DNA of 64,000 nt from an uncultured Candidatus Saccharibacteria bacterium (GTDB lineage Bacteria; Patescibacteriota; Saccharimonadia; CAZBQI01). The position numbers and the translations under genes were made by a program. The stretch is from positions 21,737 to 85,736 of the forward strand of contig CAZBQI010000003.1 in assembly GCA_964494105.1 (NCBI GenBank), read 5' to 3'. Below, in pieces: positions 1 through 10,290 of the stretch. The first letter of the stretch is position 1, and every line of letters starts with the position of its first letter. Below the pieces are notes generated by a model. The model was not told the origin of the DNA, made no database searches, and saw only the letters and a list, made by a program, of their open reading frames with translations.

Positions 1-177
1 GCTGTCACAGAGTTGCTGGCAGAATCCTTGCCGGTGCCGGTAATTAGAATTGGCATTAATGACGAATTCGGTGAGTCCGGCACACCGCAAGAACTAGCGA
101 AGAAATTTGGACTAACAGCACCGCAAATTGCATTTACGGTCGACCAATTTATGAAAGGCAAGGAACATAAATCGTGA
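1..177 (+). CDS. transketolase C-terminal subunit, 3' end (partial; begins upstream of the window)
   Basis: Frame-1 translation ...IGINDEFGESGTPQELAKKFGLTAPQIAFTVDQFMKG* matches the conserved C-terminal end of transketolase (FGESG..EL..FG.T). Stop TGA at 175-177 overlaps the GTG start of the next gene. Confidence 0.5.
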   Translation, partial: AVTELLAESLPVPVIRIGINDEFGESGTPQELAKKFGLTAPQIAFTVDQFMKGKEHKS

Positions 178-1085
178 GCAAGGAAGAGATAAAAAGACGC
201 ACAATAAAAGCCAGGAGGGCGTTTCGACGTGCCCAGCGTAACGGCTATGCCTTGGGTGCCTTCAATATTGATAATCAAGAAACGCTAGTAGCGGTGGCCC
301 AAGCGATGGCCAACAAGCACGCAGTTGCCATGGTCGAAGTCAGCCATGGTGAAGCTGAGGCGATGGGCCTAGACAATATTAGAGACATGGTTGATAACTA
401 CATTGCCATGTTTGGGATTGAGCTTTATATCAATCTAGACCACTCTCCTTCTGTTTCAGCCGCTAAGGCAGGCATTGATGCAGGCTTTGAATTTATCCAC
501 ATCGATATCAGTCAGGCTGATCATGAGGCAAACGAGAAGGAAATTATAAAGGCCACCAAAGAGGTTGTTAAGTATGCGAAGAAGACCGGTGCTTTGGTAG
601 AAAGCGAACCACACTATTTTTCCGGCGGTTCGAATGTATTTGAAGAAACCATTGATTATAATGAAGTAAAAAAAAGCTTTACAAAGCCAGAAGAAGCTAG
701 GCGGTTTATTGAAGCTACCGGTATAGATACCTATGCTGCTGCAATTGGTAACCTTCACGGCAAGTACCCAGTGCCAAAAAAGCTGGATATTAAACTACTG
801 AAGCAAATTAGAAGTGCGATACCAAAGCAAGCGTTTATTAGTTTGCACGGTGGGAGCGGAACGCCGGAGCATTACTATCGCCAAGCAATAAAAAATGGAG
901 TATCCAAAGTAAATATAAATAGCGACTTACGCTATGTTTATCGAACCGAACTTGAAAAAGCGCTAGATGCGAATAAGAATGAGTTTGCGATTGTTAAGCT
1001 TATGCCAAAAGTGATTGAATCTTTACGAGAAGTGGTAGAAGAGAAGCTCGAGATGTTTGGAGCAACAAGAAAGGCCAAAACTTAA
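174..1085 (+). CDS. fba: class II fructose/tagatose-bisphosphate aldolase
   Basis: 303 aa. Motifs GAFNIDNQE, LDHS, SLHGGSG and the overall length are typical of class II (zinc) FBP aldolase. GTG start. Confidence 0.8.
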   Translation: MSKEEIKRRTIKARRAFRRAQRNGYALGAFNIDNQETLVAVAQAMANKHAVAMVEVSHGEAEAMGLDNIRDMVDNYIAMFGIELYINLDHSPSVSAAKAGIDAGFEFIHIDISQADHEANEKEIIKATKEVVKYAKKTGALVESEPHYFSGGSNVFEETIDYNEVKKSFTKPEEARRFIEATGIDTYAAAIGNLHGKYPVPKKLDIKLLKQIRSAIPKQAFISLHGGSGTPEHYYRQAIKNGVSKVNINSDLRYVYRTELEKALDANKNEFAIVKLMPKVIESLREVVEEKLEMFGATRKAKT

Positions 1086-2038
1086 TGCGAGTTATTACTG
1101 TTGGCACCGCAACACTGGATGTGTTTTTGGCAGGAGAAAACTTTCACGCCAAGCGAGACGTGCGAACACATGACTATATCGAGCAGTTCCCGTTGGGTGA
1201 AAAGATTGAAGTTGACCAAGTGGTTTTTAGTACGGGGGGTGATGCCACAAATGCTGCGGTAACTTTTGCTCGCCACGGTTTCGACACCTCATTTATGGGC
1301 AAAATTGGTGATGATCTACCCGGACGAGAAGTTGTAGCGGCACTCAAGAATGAAGGCATAAAAACATCACTAATGGCGGTTGACACAAACGGCAGCACTG
1401 ATTATTCGACACTTTTGTTGGCTCCGAATGGCGAGCGAACCGTCTTAGTATTTCATGGCTTGTCGCGTTCCCTGGCGACTATCGATTTTGATATGTCTAG
1501 GGTAAAAGGCGATTTGTTGTATGTTACATCTATGGGCGGCAATTTTAAGTTTCTGAGTGAAGTTCTTTTGGTTGCTAAGAAAGCCGGTATGAGAGTTGCA
1601 TATAACCCCGGTACAAAAGAAATTGCAGACCCAGCCAAGCTAAAAACAATGCTCAAAAATGTTGATATTCTATCCGCTAATCGAGAGGAGATGAATAAAA
1701 TTTTTGGCAAAGCCGAGCCCAAGGAATTACTGAAGAGCGCCTCTAGCTTTTGTGAATATGTACTGCTATCCGACGGATCAAAAGGAGCTTGGGCAACTGA
1801 CGGAAAACGGATATATCGAAGTGGAATTTACAAGCAAGTAAAGATTATTGATCGGACTGGTGCCGGTGATGCGTTTGGCTCTGGCTTCGTGGCCGCACTT
1901 TTAGTTAATAGGCCGATGGAACAAGCCCTAACATTTGCGAGCGCAAATTCAACTAGTGTTGTGCAGCACATTGGAGCCAAGCAAGGAATACTACACAGGA
2001 ACACCACGTTAGAACAGATGAAAATTGATGTTATCTAG
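1085..2038 (+). CDS. PfkB-family carbohydrate kinase (ribokinase/fructokinase-like)
   Basis: 317 aa. N-terminal GGDATNAAV and C-terminal DRTGAGDAF are PfkB signatures. ATGA overlap with the fba stop. Confidence 0.7.
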   Translation: MRVITVGTATLDVFLAGENFHAKRDVRTHDYIEQFPLGEKIEVDQVVFSTGGDATNAAVTFARHGFDTSFMGKIGDDLPGREVVAALKNEGIKTSLMAVDTNGSTDYSTLLLAPNGERTVLVFHGLSRSLATIDFDMSRVKGDLLYVTSMGGNFKFLSEVLLVAKKAGMRVAYNPGTKEIADPAKLKTMLKNVDILSANREEMNKIFGKAEPKELLKSASSFCEYVLLSDGSKGAWATDGKRIYRSGIYKQVKIIDRTGAGDAFGSGFVAALLVNRPMEQALTFASANSTSVVQHIGAKQGILHRNTTLEQMKIDVI

Positions 2039-2048
2039 GCTTTAGATG

Positions 2049-2618
2049 CTACCTGCCTCTAGAGAGAATAAGAAATGCGATAAGCGTATTGATTCCAAAT
2101 ATATAAATCGGGAAAGCTGCGCTAAATAAGTCCCAGCTATTTAGTGTAAGCAAGGTAATTAAGGCTGAAATGCTACCAGCAATAAATGTGTGATAGTTCT
2201 CGGTGTGAGGATGTGTAAATGATTTTCGAACCGTTGGAACTGCTGCAAATAGATCCGCAAGAAGACTAAACAACAAACCGTAGAGGGCATTATCAGTAAT
2301 TTGCCACAAAATAATTCCAATTGCTGCAAGGATGCCACAGATATAATCAAATTTAGTAAGTTTCCAATAGGCTTTTTTATCCCAGAATGAAGCTAGAAAA
2401 ATCATGAGGGGGCTAAGTGTGATCGCTAAGGTGAATATTGACTCCATGCCTACGCCTACGTCTAACTGTGAGAAAAATACAATCATTGGGGCTATAGCCC
2501 AAAGCAACCACGTGACCCTATTTGGTTTAGTTTTTCCTTTGAGCGTATCAAGGAAATAAGACACTGAGCCAAGTACAGCAATAGCTGCAGCTAAATATAT
2601 GAAATTTTCGCTTATCAT
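2049..2618 (-). CDS. hypothetical polytopic membrane protein
   Basis: 189 aa with about 6 hydrophobic helices and no recognisable catalytic motif. Confidence 0.5.
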   Translation of the reverse strand: MISENFIYLAAAIAVLGSVSYFLDTLKGKTKPNRVTWLLWAIAPMIVFFSQLDVGVGMESIFTLAITLSPLMIFLASFWDKKAYWKLTKFDYICGILAAIGIILWQITDNALYGLLFSLLADLFAAVPTVRKSFTHPHTENYHTFIAGSISALITLLTLNSWDLFSAAFPIYIFGINTLIAFLILSRGR

Positions 2619-2672
2619 TGCCTATATTATACAGACTGCCAAAAGCTTAAGCGTATTGCTATACTATCTGAT

Positions 2673-3908
2673 ATGTCACTCTTAACAAAATTACTCTTAG
2701 CGAAAGAGCCAACTATCGAGCTAGCCATTAAGCAACTTGAGGATAAAATTGGCCGCAAAGGGGTTGATACCGAACTAATTGGTGAAATTCTGCAAAAAGG
2801 CTTCAATCACGCCGCTCAGCTTGGGCTAGATTCTGACTTTAACGCCAAAGAACTATACTACTCACTTATTAATAGAGTAAAACTTGACGATGAAAGGTTG
2901 GCTCGAGCGATTGGTGGGAAAAACATTGATGATGTGGCCGAGATGATGCCGTTAATTATTAAAAAATTCGAGAGTCTAGATTTACCTCGAAAAGGGTGGT
3001 TTCTAAAAGAATCAATTGCGCGAAAGATGTTAAAAAACCATCCACCGAAAAACATTATGGCGCGATTGGGCTACAAAGATGTAACAGTGATGCTAGAAAA
3101 AGAAAATATTTTCGAAATATTTACGGCTATTCGTTTTGGCGAAAGTGGGGAATGGCTGGATAGCTTTAATCAGCAGTACAAGTCGGTCAAGTTTAAGGAC
3201 TTTGAAAACAGACGAATACATACAGTGGTATACGATTCCAAGAAGTGGGGAGATATTGCCATTCACTTTGTCCAGAAAAAGCTTCACAACATAACTCACA
3301 GCAAAGAACTTGGAGTAATTGTTGCTGTCCCGTTGCCTAAAAAAACAATGCGTGGCATTACACTCAAAGTGCTTCCACTACTTGTACACTACTGCTACGA
3401 AGTACATTTATACAGTGCGTACTTTCATTTAATTTCAGCTCAAAAAGACTTTGGCAAAAGACTTTGTGAGACGTTAATTGCCGATACTGCACGCGTACCG
3501 ATAATTGACGGTCGTCACCATGTTCATTGGCGCGTTATTCAGCGCTACTATGGCAAGCTAAAGGGCGAAGAGCATCCGGAGGTCTTCCAGCCACACGTTC
3601 AGCCAGAGGATCTGCATTGGCGTAAAGCCGAAGACGTACTATACAAGGTTGACCCTGAATTGGATTTTTGGCGAGGTATGGATTATGTGGCGCTGGATAT
3701 TGAAGGTGAGGTAGTGACATTCAACCTTATGGACGTCGAGTTTAATTATTCAAACGGAAACAGTTTTGAAGACCGTAATCTATACCACTTTCGTGAATCG
3801 CTTTGGAATGAACTCTTCGAGCGCTACATGGGGCAAAAAATATTAGAAAAAGAGATCCTGCAACAGCTTGATAACGACCTCATAGCGCCAGAAAGAATCA
3901 AGCTTTAA
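2673..3908 (+). CDS. hypothetical protein (411 aa)
   Basis: Long ORF with coding-like composition and no motif I recognise. A TATACT -10 lies 7 nt upstream of the ATG. Confidence 0.5.
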   Translation: MSLLTKLLLAKEPTIELAIKQLEDKIGRKGVDTELIGEILQKGFNHAAQLGLDSDFNAKELYYSLINRVKLDDERLARAIGGKNIDDVAEMMPLIIKKFESLDLPRKGWFLKESIARKMLKNHPPKNIMARLGYKDVTVMLEKENIFEIFTAIRFGESGEWLDSFNQQYKSVKFKDFENRRIHTVVYDSKKWGDIAIHFVQKKLHNITHSKELGVIVAVPLPKKTMRGITLKVLPLLVHYCYEVHLYSAYFHLISAQKDFGKRLCETLIADTARVPIIDGRHHVHWRVIQRYYGKLKGEEHPEVFQPHVQPEDLHWRKAEDVLYKVDPELDFWRGMDYVALDIEGEVVTFNLMDVEFNYSNGNSFEDRNLYHFRESLWNELFERYMGQKILEKEILQQLDNDLIAPERIKL

Positions 3909-3948
3909 TTGCTTAAAAATAAATAGCGTCGCGGGTTATACTGGAGAG

Positions 3949-5910
3949 ATGCCCAAATTTATACTCAATTCTAAATATGCGCCAACCGGTGATCAGCCGG
4001 ATGCCATTGCCAAACTTACGGCCGGACTTGTCGACGGCAACAAAGAACAAACCTTATTGGGAGTAACCGGCTCCGGCAAAACGTTTACTATGGCGAATTT
4101 GGTTATGAACACGCAGAAGCCCACGCTTGTTATTAGCCACAACAAAACGCTAGCCGCCCAGTTATATAGCGAATTTAAGAGTTTCTTCCCAGATAATGCG
4201 GTCCACTATTTTGTTAGTTATTTCGATTATTATCAACCGGAAGCTTACATTCCGGGTAGCGATACATATATCGAGAAAGATTCTCAGATTAACGACGAGA
4301 TCGATAGGCTTCGACATGCTGCCACCAAGGCTTTGCTAACACGACGCGATGTTTTAATTGTGGCTAGTGTCAGCTGTATTTATGGCCTTGGTTCGGTAGA
4401 AGATTATGCAACATTGGCCATCAAGCTAAAGGCCGGTGAACAGCGCAAACGTGATAAATTCCTGCGCCAATTAACCGACATTCAATACGAACGCAACGAT
4501 GTTGGCTTTGAACGTGGTACTTTTCGAGCTCGTGGTGACATTGTAGATGTGTTCCCTATAGGAGATGACAATGCCTATCGAATTGAATTTTTTGGCGACG
4601 ACCTAGAGAAGATTCGCCCGCTTAATCCTCTTACCGGCGAACTAGAAAAAGAACTCCAGCAAGTAAGTATCTTCCCGGCTAGTCACTACGTAACCCCCGA
4701 AGAAAAACTAAAAAGCGCGGTGGTGAAGATCAAGTCAGAACTAGCCGAGCGCACTACATACTTGAACAAACACAATATGCTGCTCGAGGCGCAAAGGCTC
4801 CAACAACGGACTAAATACGACATTGAAATGATAGAGCAGACAGGTTTCGTGAAGGGAATAGAGAACTATTCTAGGTATTTGACAAACCGAGAGCCGGGTG
4901 ACCAACCAGCAACATTATTAGATTATTTTCCAGATGACGCCCTGTTCTTAATCGATGAAAGTCACATGACTATGCCGCAAATTCGTGGCATGTACAATGG
5001 CGACCGTGCTCGCAAACAGATGTTGGTAGATCACGGATTTCGTTTGCCTAGCGCGCTAGATAACCGCCCGCTAACATTTAGTGAATTTGAATCCCACATA
5101 AGCCAGGTTGTGTATGTATCAGCTACACCGACCGAGTACGAGCTAAATCGGTCGGCCCAGGTGGCCGAGCAAATTATCCGACCCACCGGCTTAATCGATC
5201 CGGTCATTGAAGTGCGCAAAACCGAAGGCCAAGTAGACGATTTAATTGCTGAAATTCGTGATCGAACGAGCAAACAACAACGGGTGCTTGTTACCACCTT
5301 GACCAAAAGAATGTCAGAAGACCTTAAGGATTATCTGGAAGAACTAGGCATCAAGGTTCAATATCTTCACTCGGAAGTTGAGACATTAGAACGTACTGAC
5401 ATATTAAAAGATTTACGGCTTGGCGTATACGATGTGTTGATTGGAATAAATCTATTACGCGAAGGTCTTGATTTGCCAGAGGTGAGTCTGGTGGCAATTC
5501 TTGATGCCGATAAGGAAGGTTTCTTGCGTAGCGAGCAGGCGTTAATTCAGACAATTGGCCGAGCAGCGCGCCATGTAGAAGGTAAGGTAATCATGTATGC
5601 CGATAGAATAACCGGCTCAATGGAACGAGCTATAAGTGAGACCAAGCGTCGCCGTAAAAAACAAAAAGCCTACAACGATGCCCACGGGATAACGCCAGCT
5701 GGTATAACTAAAGCCATCGACGGCGGTTTACGTGATCTCATTCCAAAAGAAGAAAAACCAGGAATTAATTTAAACAAAATACCAAAAACTGAATATGAAC
5801 ATCTTATTAAAGACCTAACGGCGCAAATGGACATGGCATCGGCAAACCTGCAGTTCGAGCATGCTGCCGAGCTTCGTGATCAGATAGCTGAAATTAAAAA
5901 AGCCCTTTAG
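3949..5910 (+). CDS. uvrB: excinuclease ABC subunit B
   Basis: 653 aa. Contains [10 protein letters not shown] Walker A, helicase motifs, and a C-terminal UVR coiled coil ([22 protein letters not shown]). Confidence 0.95.
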   Translation: MPKFILNSKYAPTGDQPDAIAKLTAGLVDGNKEQTLLGVTGSGKTFTMANLVMNTQKPTLVISHNKTLAAQLYSEFKSFFPDNAVHYFVSYFDYYQPEAYIPGSDTYIEKDSQINDEIDRLRHAATKALLTRRDVLIVASVSCIYGLGSVEDYATLAIKLKAGEQRKRDKFLRQLTDIQYERNDVGFERGTFRARGDIVDVFPIGDDNAYRIEFFGDDLEKIRPLNPLTGELEKELQQVSIFPASHYVTPEEKLKSAVVKIKSELAERTTYLNKHNMLLEAQRLQQRTKYDIEMIEQTGFVKGIENYSRYLTNREPGDQPATLLDYFPDDALFLIDESHMTMPQIRGMYNGDRARKQMLVDHGFRLPSALDNRPLTFSEFESHISQVVYVSATPTEYELNRSAQVAEQIIRPTGLIDPVIEVRKTEGQVDDLIAEIRDRTSKQQRVLVTTLTKRMSEDLKDYLEELGIKVQYLHSEVETLERTDILKDLRLGVYDVLIGINLLREGLDLPEVSLVAILDADKEGFLRSEQALIQTIGRAARHVEGKVIMYADRITGSMERAISETKRRRKKQKAYNDAHGITPAGITKAIDGGLRDLIPKEEKPGINLNKIPKTEYEHLIKDLTAQMDMASANLQFEHAAELRDQIAEIKKAL

Positions 5911-5959
5911 CTACTGTACTGTATATAAGAGAAGGCATATAATCTGTGCAAGAGATGCT

Positions 5960-7975
5960 ATGCATTATTTTGAAATCTATACAAACAAAGACGAATTAAA
6001 AAAAGAAGACTGGCAAAAGCTTTATACGGTGCTTGGCGCATATATTGGGCTGCTTGGTACCTTCGAGGTTATTGTCAAACTGCAAGATAATCTACTGCGG
6101 TTCTTTATCGCTTCGCAAAAAGATTTAGGCGCTGTGTCAAATAACGTCAAACTCGGCGTACTACAGGCAGTGGAACCAAGGATGGTCGGGTTACCGGAGC
6201 GAGCACACGGGAGAGAACGATTAGTCCGCCTGGTAACGGGAGGTAATATTCTTGCCTTGAAAGAGAAGATTCAGGTTAAGCGTGGCAAAGAGCTGGAATT
6301 CGTGCGAATCAAAATTCGTAGGCTAAATAATGACAAGTCTGTAACGCGAGCGTTTTTTTATTTTAAGGACGCAGCCGGGCAGTGGCAACTTGCTAAGAAG
6401 CTGATGCCAATGTTCCCGGCGCACCTACTAGCTATTGATTTCAAAAAAAGTAGTGGCTATCAGCGCAAATCACAGCCAAAATATTTAAATCTGGAAAAAT
6501 CGCTCCACATGCTTACCGGACAAAGTGATGGCGCACTCTTTCAGGTCGACGCATTCCCTTATTTTAATACGCCATACTATATAAATATTGCCAATTATGA
6601 GTTCGACAAGCACTCATTTATCGTTGGTGCCAGTGGAAGTGGAAAATCAAAATTCATAGAACTATTTGTAAAAACGCTACACGAGAGCCCATATAGAATG
6701 AACTACCGGGTGGTTGTAATCGATCCGCATGCGTCTTTGGGCGAGAGCTGGCATGATTTGCCAGACACAAAAATGATGAGTTTTAGTGATGATACGGCGG
6801 AACTCTTTCCTGGTGCTGGCACCGATATAACTGCCGGCACAGAGCTGACTACCACATTGTTCAAGTCTCTTTTAGCTGACCAGTTTAATCCACGGGCCGA
6901 GCGCGTAATTCGTTTTAGTCTATACGTGCTGATGACGGCACAGGCTATGACATTGTCGAACCTCAAGCGGTTTGTGAGCGATCTTGAGTATCGTGAGCAA
7001 ATTATGAACCATGTCAAAGATCACGTACCACCAAACATAGTCCAGTTCTTTGCCACAGACTTTAATGAGCTACGGACCAAATATCACAACGAATCAATTA
7101 CACCGGTAATTTCGCTGGTAGACGAGATGGAATTACAACCGGCATTTGTAAACCAAGGGGATCAATCACTGGCAAAACTTGTGAATGATAATTTCCTTAC
7201 GCTCTTTTCGCTAAACAAAGTTAGTATGGGCGAGAAAGTGGTAAAAACAGTTGCAGGGTTAATTATCCAGCAAGTCTTTCTATTGGCTCAGGCCAGGGCT
7301 TTTAACCAAAAAGTGATTTTAATCGTTGATGAGGTTTCTGTGGTGCAAAACCCAGCTATTGCGCAAATTTTAGCCGAGGCGCGCAAGTTTAATCTTTCAA
7401 TCTTTTTAACTCAGCAGTACTTTGGGCAAGTTGAAAAAGATTTGCAGGCAGCGATATTTAGTAATGTTATTAACTACTACAGCTTTAAGGTTTCAGAGGA
7501 AGACGCGCGAGTATTAGAAGGTAACCTGAATATTGAATTACCTAAAGAAATCGTTAAAAAAGAACACGACAAAGGTGTGAAAGAGTCGGACTACAAGGTT
7601 AAGATGCTGACGGCTCTTAGCAAGCAGGAGGCTATTGTGCGAATTTCCAGTGAAGGCAAGATTCTGCCGGCCATTAAGGCCAAGACTATGAAAGTTGAAG
7701 TTACAAAAGAGGCTAAGGCCACAGCTGAACAGTTGGTTGAGCTTGCTAAGAGTGCCGAGGGGCAGCATTTACCTGAGAAGTTTGTCGAAAAATCAATTGA
7801 TCAAGCCCCAGCACTACCATTAACCGAACAGCAGCAATCTGTTTCGGCAGTAGTACAGCAAGATGTGCAGCAGGAGCACTATGTGCCTGCTGCACAACCA
7901 GTCTCAAGCCAACCTACAAACTTGTCGGAGCTGTTGGCCCAGCATTCATCAAGTAGAGATAAACAAAAGGAGTAG
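5960..7975 (+). CDS. FtsK/HerA/VirB4-superfamily (DUF87-like) P-loop ATPase with Q-rich disordered C-terminal tail
   Basis: 671 aa. Walker A IVGASGSGKSKF, then the VVIDPHASLGESW 'DPHGEY'-like motif. Walker B VILIVDEVSVV. ARKFNLSIFLTQQ matches the (A/G)RKYG...TQ sensor motif of HerA/VirB4/TraG ATPases. An N-terminal domain of about 220 aa precedes the P-loop. Confidence 0.6.
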   Translation: MHYFEIYTNKDELKKEDWQKLYTVLGAYIGLLGTFEVIVKLQDNLLRFFIASQKDLGAVSNNVKLGVLQAVEPRMVGLPERAHGRERLVRLVTGGNILALKEKIQVKRGKELEFVRIKIRRLNNDKSVTRAFFYFKDAAGQWQLAKKLMPMFPAHLLAIDFKKSSGYQRKSQPKYLNLEKSLHMLTGQSDGALFQVDAFPYFNTPYYINIANYEFDKHSFIVGASGSGKSKFIELFVKTLHESPYRMNYRVVVIDPHASLGESWHDLPDTKMMSFSDDTAELFPGAGTDITAGTELTTTLFKSLLADQFNPRAERVIRFSLYVLMTAQAMTLSNLKRFVSDLEYREQIMNHVKDHVPPNIVQFFATDFNELRTKYHNESITPVISLVDEMELQPAFVNQGDQSLAKLVNDNFLTLFSLNKVSMGEKVVKTVAGLIIQQVFLLAQARAFNQKVILIVDEVSVVQNPAIAQILAEARKFNLSIFLTQQYFGQVEKDLQAAIFSNVINYYSFKVSEEDARVLEGNLNIELPKEIVKKEHDKGVKESDYKVKMLTALSKQEAIVRISSEGKILPAIKAKTMKVEVTKEAKATAEQLVELAKSAEGQHLPEKFVEKSIDQAPALPLTEQQQSVSAVVQQDVQQEHYVPAAQPVSSQPTNLSELLAQHSSSRDKQKE

Positions 7976-7977
7976 TT

Positions 7978-8673
7978 ATGGACGAAACGGCAAAACAAAT
8001 TATCGATCAAATAGTTGGACAGGTATTTGGCTACCAAAATCCCTTTACGCTTGATCAGTTTCGCCAAAAATTTGCTTTTGATGTACGTTTGCCAAGCCAA
8101 GTAAGTGACAGTACAACCGGTCAATCCACATGGGCTTCATCAATAAACCCACAGAAGTTTATGACAATGGAAAACGCGCGCAAGCGGGTAGAAGTAGATG
8201 ACTTTATGCCCAAGCCTCGGCCTCTGAATAGCATTCAAGACATGCTTTCAGCTTGGGAAGAGATAAACTACACCTCAACTGAACGACAAATTGATTCTAC
8301 AAAAGTGGGTGGTAGTGACTGTGTTTATAACTCAGAAGATGTTTATTATTCGCAAGATATTCGCCGTTCAAAGCACATAGTTTTTTCTGATAACACTGAA
8401 GAATGTGAATACGTAGTGGCCTCACAACGATCACTCACTTCAACCTATTGCATTAAGCTCGATGACAGTAAAGAATGCTCGAAAAGTTTTCAAGTTTCAT
8501 GGAGCGCCAAAGTAGCCAGCAGTATGTTTATTCATGATTGCTACGATATTTATGAGTGCATGTTTTGCTCGCACATTAGCTCAAAGAAATTTTGCATAGC
8601 AAATATGCAGTTTAGCGAAGAGGACTACAAAAGCTTAAAGCCGATGGTAGTGCAGTGGGTGCTTACACAGTAG
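7978..8673 (+). CDS. Cys-rich hypothetical protein, translationally coupled to the upstream ATPase
   Basis: 231 aa. Eight Cys in the C-terminal ~110 aa, including CMFCSH. The ATG lies 2 nt after the ATPase TAG stop. No recognisable domain. Confidence 0.5.
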   Translation: MDETAKQIIDQIVGQVFGYQNPFTLDQFRQKFAFDVRLPSQVSDSTTGQSTWASSINPQKFMTMENARKRVEVDDFMPKPRPLNSIQDMLSAWEEINYTSTERQIDSTKVGGSDCVYNSEDVYYSQDIRRSKHIVFSDNTEECEYVVASQRSLTSTYCIKLDDSKECSKSFQVSWSAKVASSMFIHDCYDIYECMFCSHISSKKFCIANMQFSEEDYKSLKPMVVQWVLTQ

Positions 8674-8674
8674 C

Positions 8675-9883
8675 TCAGGCCGCAACAAGCATATGTGGTC
8701 GAACTGTCCCATCGCTATTCACAAACGTATAGCCTTCGCTGGTATGGCCGGCTTGTGCTTGGCCAGTCTCTGTAATTTGATCATAAACTCGAAGTAGTCT
8801 ATCCATCATTTTATGATAACGAACAAGCTTCATGTGGCCTTCGTCTCCATATACAGCAAGATGTGAATTTGGCACTCGCCTAATAAAATCACGCAGAATT
8901 GCCTGTTGTGGTGCCACGTGATCTTTTTCACCGGCAATTATTTCGTGAGGGATGTCGCCGTATGCCTCGACTTCGTCCGACCCGATGGATTCATGGCTAA
9001 TCATAACTCCGAGTTTAAGTAAGGCTGCCAGCTCCTCAGGCTTAGCTGGCAGAGTTTCCAACAGTACTTTCAAGAAGTAGGGTAGCTTTTCTGGAGGGGT
9101 ACTAACTATTGACTCAACCAAATACATAAATTCTGGTAATCCAAAATCTTTGCCGAGCCCGAATAGCGACTCTTCTTCAATTCCGGCTGGTGAAATTTGT
9201 ATATCTCCAATTATTTTGATGCCATCAAAGCCGGCAGCATTTGCAGCTTGAAGGCCGCGTCTGGCGAAGATTGTACCCATTGATTCGCTGGCGAGTACAT
9301 ATTTATGCGGTAGGTCTGACCTGTTTGCCACTACCTCAGCAACAGCCTCTAGTCTGCGCAAGCCCAAGTCTGCAAAACTCACTTCATTATCTGTATACCA
9401 TTTTAACGACGGAGGTACTGTGTCAATGGCTTCTGTTCCCATGCCGATTATGGTAATACCAGGTCTGTTGCTTGAAACTTCGCCAAGACTTGCGCGAATC
9501 ATACCGCTGCGCAGACGCGTGCCCCAAGGATTAAGCCATAGAATTCCCGGCTGATCAGGATCTCCAGGCAAAACCATTACATCCCGTTGAATTCCGTCTG
9601 ATCCCTCAATATAGTTCCTTTTGCCGTCGACTATGTCTTTGAAAGCGGTAGATTCTGCTGAGGGATCACTGCTAATAAGCTGGTGCACCCCTCGTACAAA
9701 ATCAGCCTGACTCCTATATGGATGACGCAGCAAATGCAGACCGTTTTCTACAACGCTACTGCCCATTGCAATTGCTCCTAGTAGTAATTGGTGAGGCGGC
9801 ACAGGATGGTCAGATTGAAATTCGAACGCCGGATCAAATGATTCAGCGCCGGTATCTGTGCCGGGCGAAGCAACTGAAGTCAT
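8675..9883 (-). CDS. alpha/beta-hydrolase-fold protein (hypothetical)
   Basis: 402 aa. Putative nucleophile elbow S-E-S-M-G (VLASESMGT), with later Asp/His candidates (GDEGHMK). Convergent with the ATPase pair and visibly richer in Gly/Pro/Arg codons than its neighbours. Confidence 0.4.
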   Translation of the reverse strand: MTSVASPGTDTGAESFDPAFEFQSDHPVPPHQLLLGAIAMGSSVVENGLHLLRHPYRSQADFVRGVHQLISSDPSAESTAFKDIVDGKRNYIEGSDGIQRDVMVLPGDPDQPGILWLNPWGTRLRSGMIRASLGEVSSNRPGITIIGMGTEAIDTVPPSLKWYTDNEVSFADLGLRRLEAVAEVVANRSDLPHKYVLASESMGTIFARRGLQAANAAGFDGIKIIGDIQISPAGIEEESLFGLGKDFGLPEFMYLVESIVSTPPEKLPYFLKVLLETLPAKPEELAALLKLGVMISHESIGSDEVEAYGDIPHEIIAGEKDHVAPQQAILRDFIRRVPNSHLAVYGDEGHMKLVRYHKMMDRLLRVYDQITETGQAQAGHTSEGYTFVNSDGTVRPHMLVAA

Positions 9884-9999
9884 TTTAGTTGTTCCTCATC
9901 ACACTCTGATCATTTAAACACCATTAGTATAGGCTTAATAAATTTCAAACGCAATTCTAGTAGAAGAATCCATAAATTGTCGCTATACTTATCTGTAAT

Positions 10000-10290
10000 A
10001 TGGCAAAAATATCAAATGACTCAGCAAGTAAATTAGCCAAGCTTGCGCGACTGGCTATCACTGCTCGGCAAGCTAAGAAAATATCCGCAGAATTAGAAGC
10101 TATCCTTAACTATGTTGAACAGCTGGGTAAACTAGACGTTAGTAGCATCAATGAAGTTAGTCAGGTTACCGGTCTTGAAGATGTTTGGCGATCAGATACT
10201 GTCAAGCCTTCAAAGATTTCTCAGACGGACTTACTAGCGAATGCGCCGGCAATTGAAAATGGCTACATTAAAGTCAGGCGAGTATTGTAG
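10000..10290 (+). CDS. gatC: Asp-tRNA(Asn)/Glu-tRNA(Gln) amidotransferase subunit C
   Basis: 96 aa with typical GatC size and sequence (LAKLARL...LEAILNYVEQL...). Immediately precedes gatA and gatB. Confidence 0.85.
   Translation: MAKISNDSASKLAKLARLAITARQAKKISAELEAILNYVEQLGKLDVSSINEVSQVTGLEDVWRSDTVKPSKISQTDLLANAPAIENGYIKVRRVL

Noticed and set aside
8675-9883. Strong GC-content anomaly as proof of recent horizontal transfer
   Set aside because: The by-eye shift (a few percent GC, codon preference for GGC/CCG/CGG) is modest and could reflect amino-acid composition. Without computed GC3 and codon statistics it is only suggestive, so it is kept as a low-weight note inside a finding.
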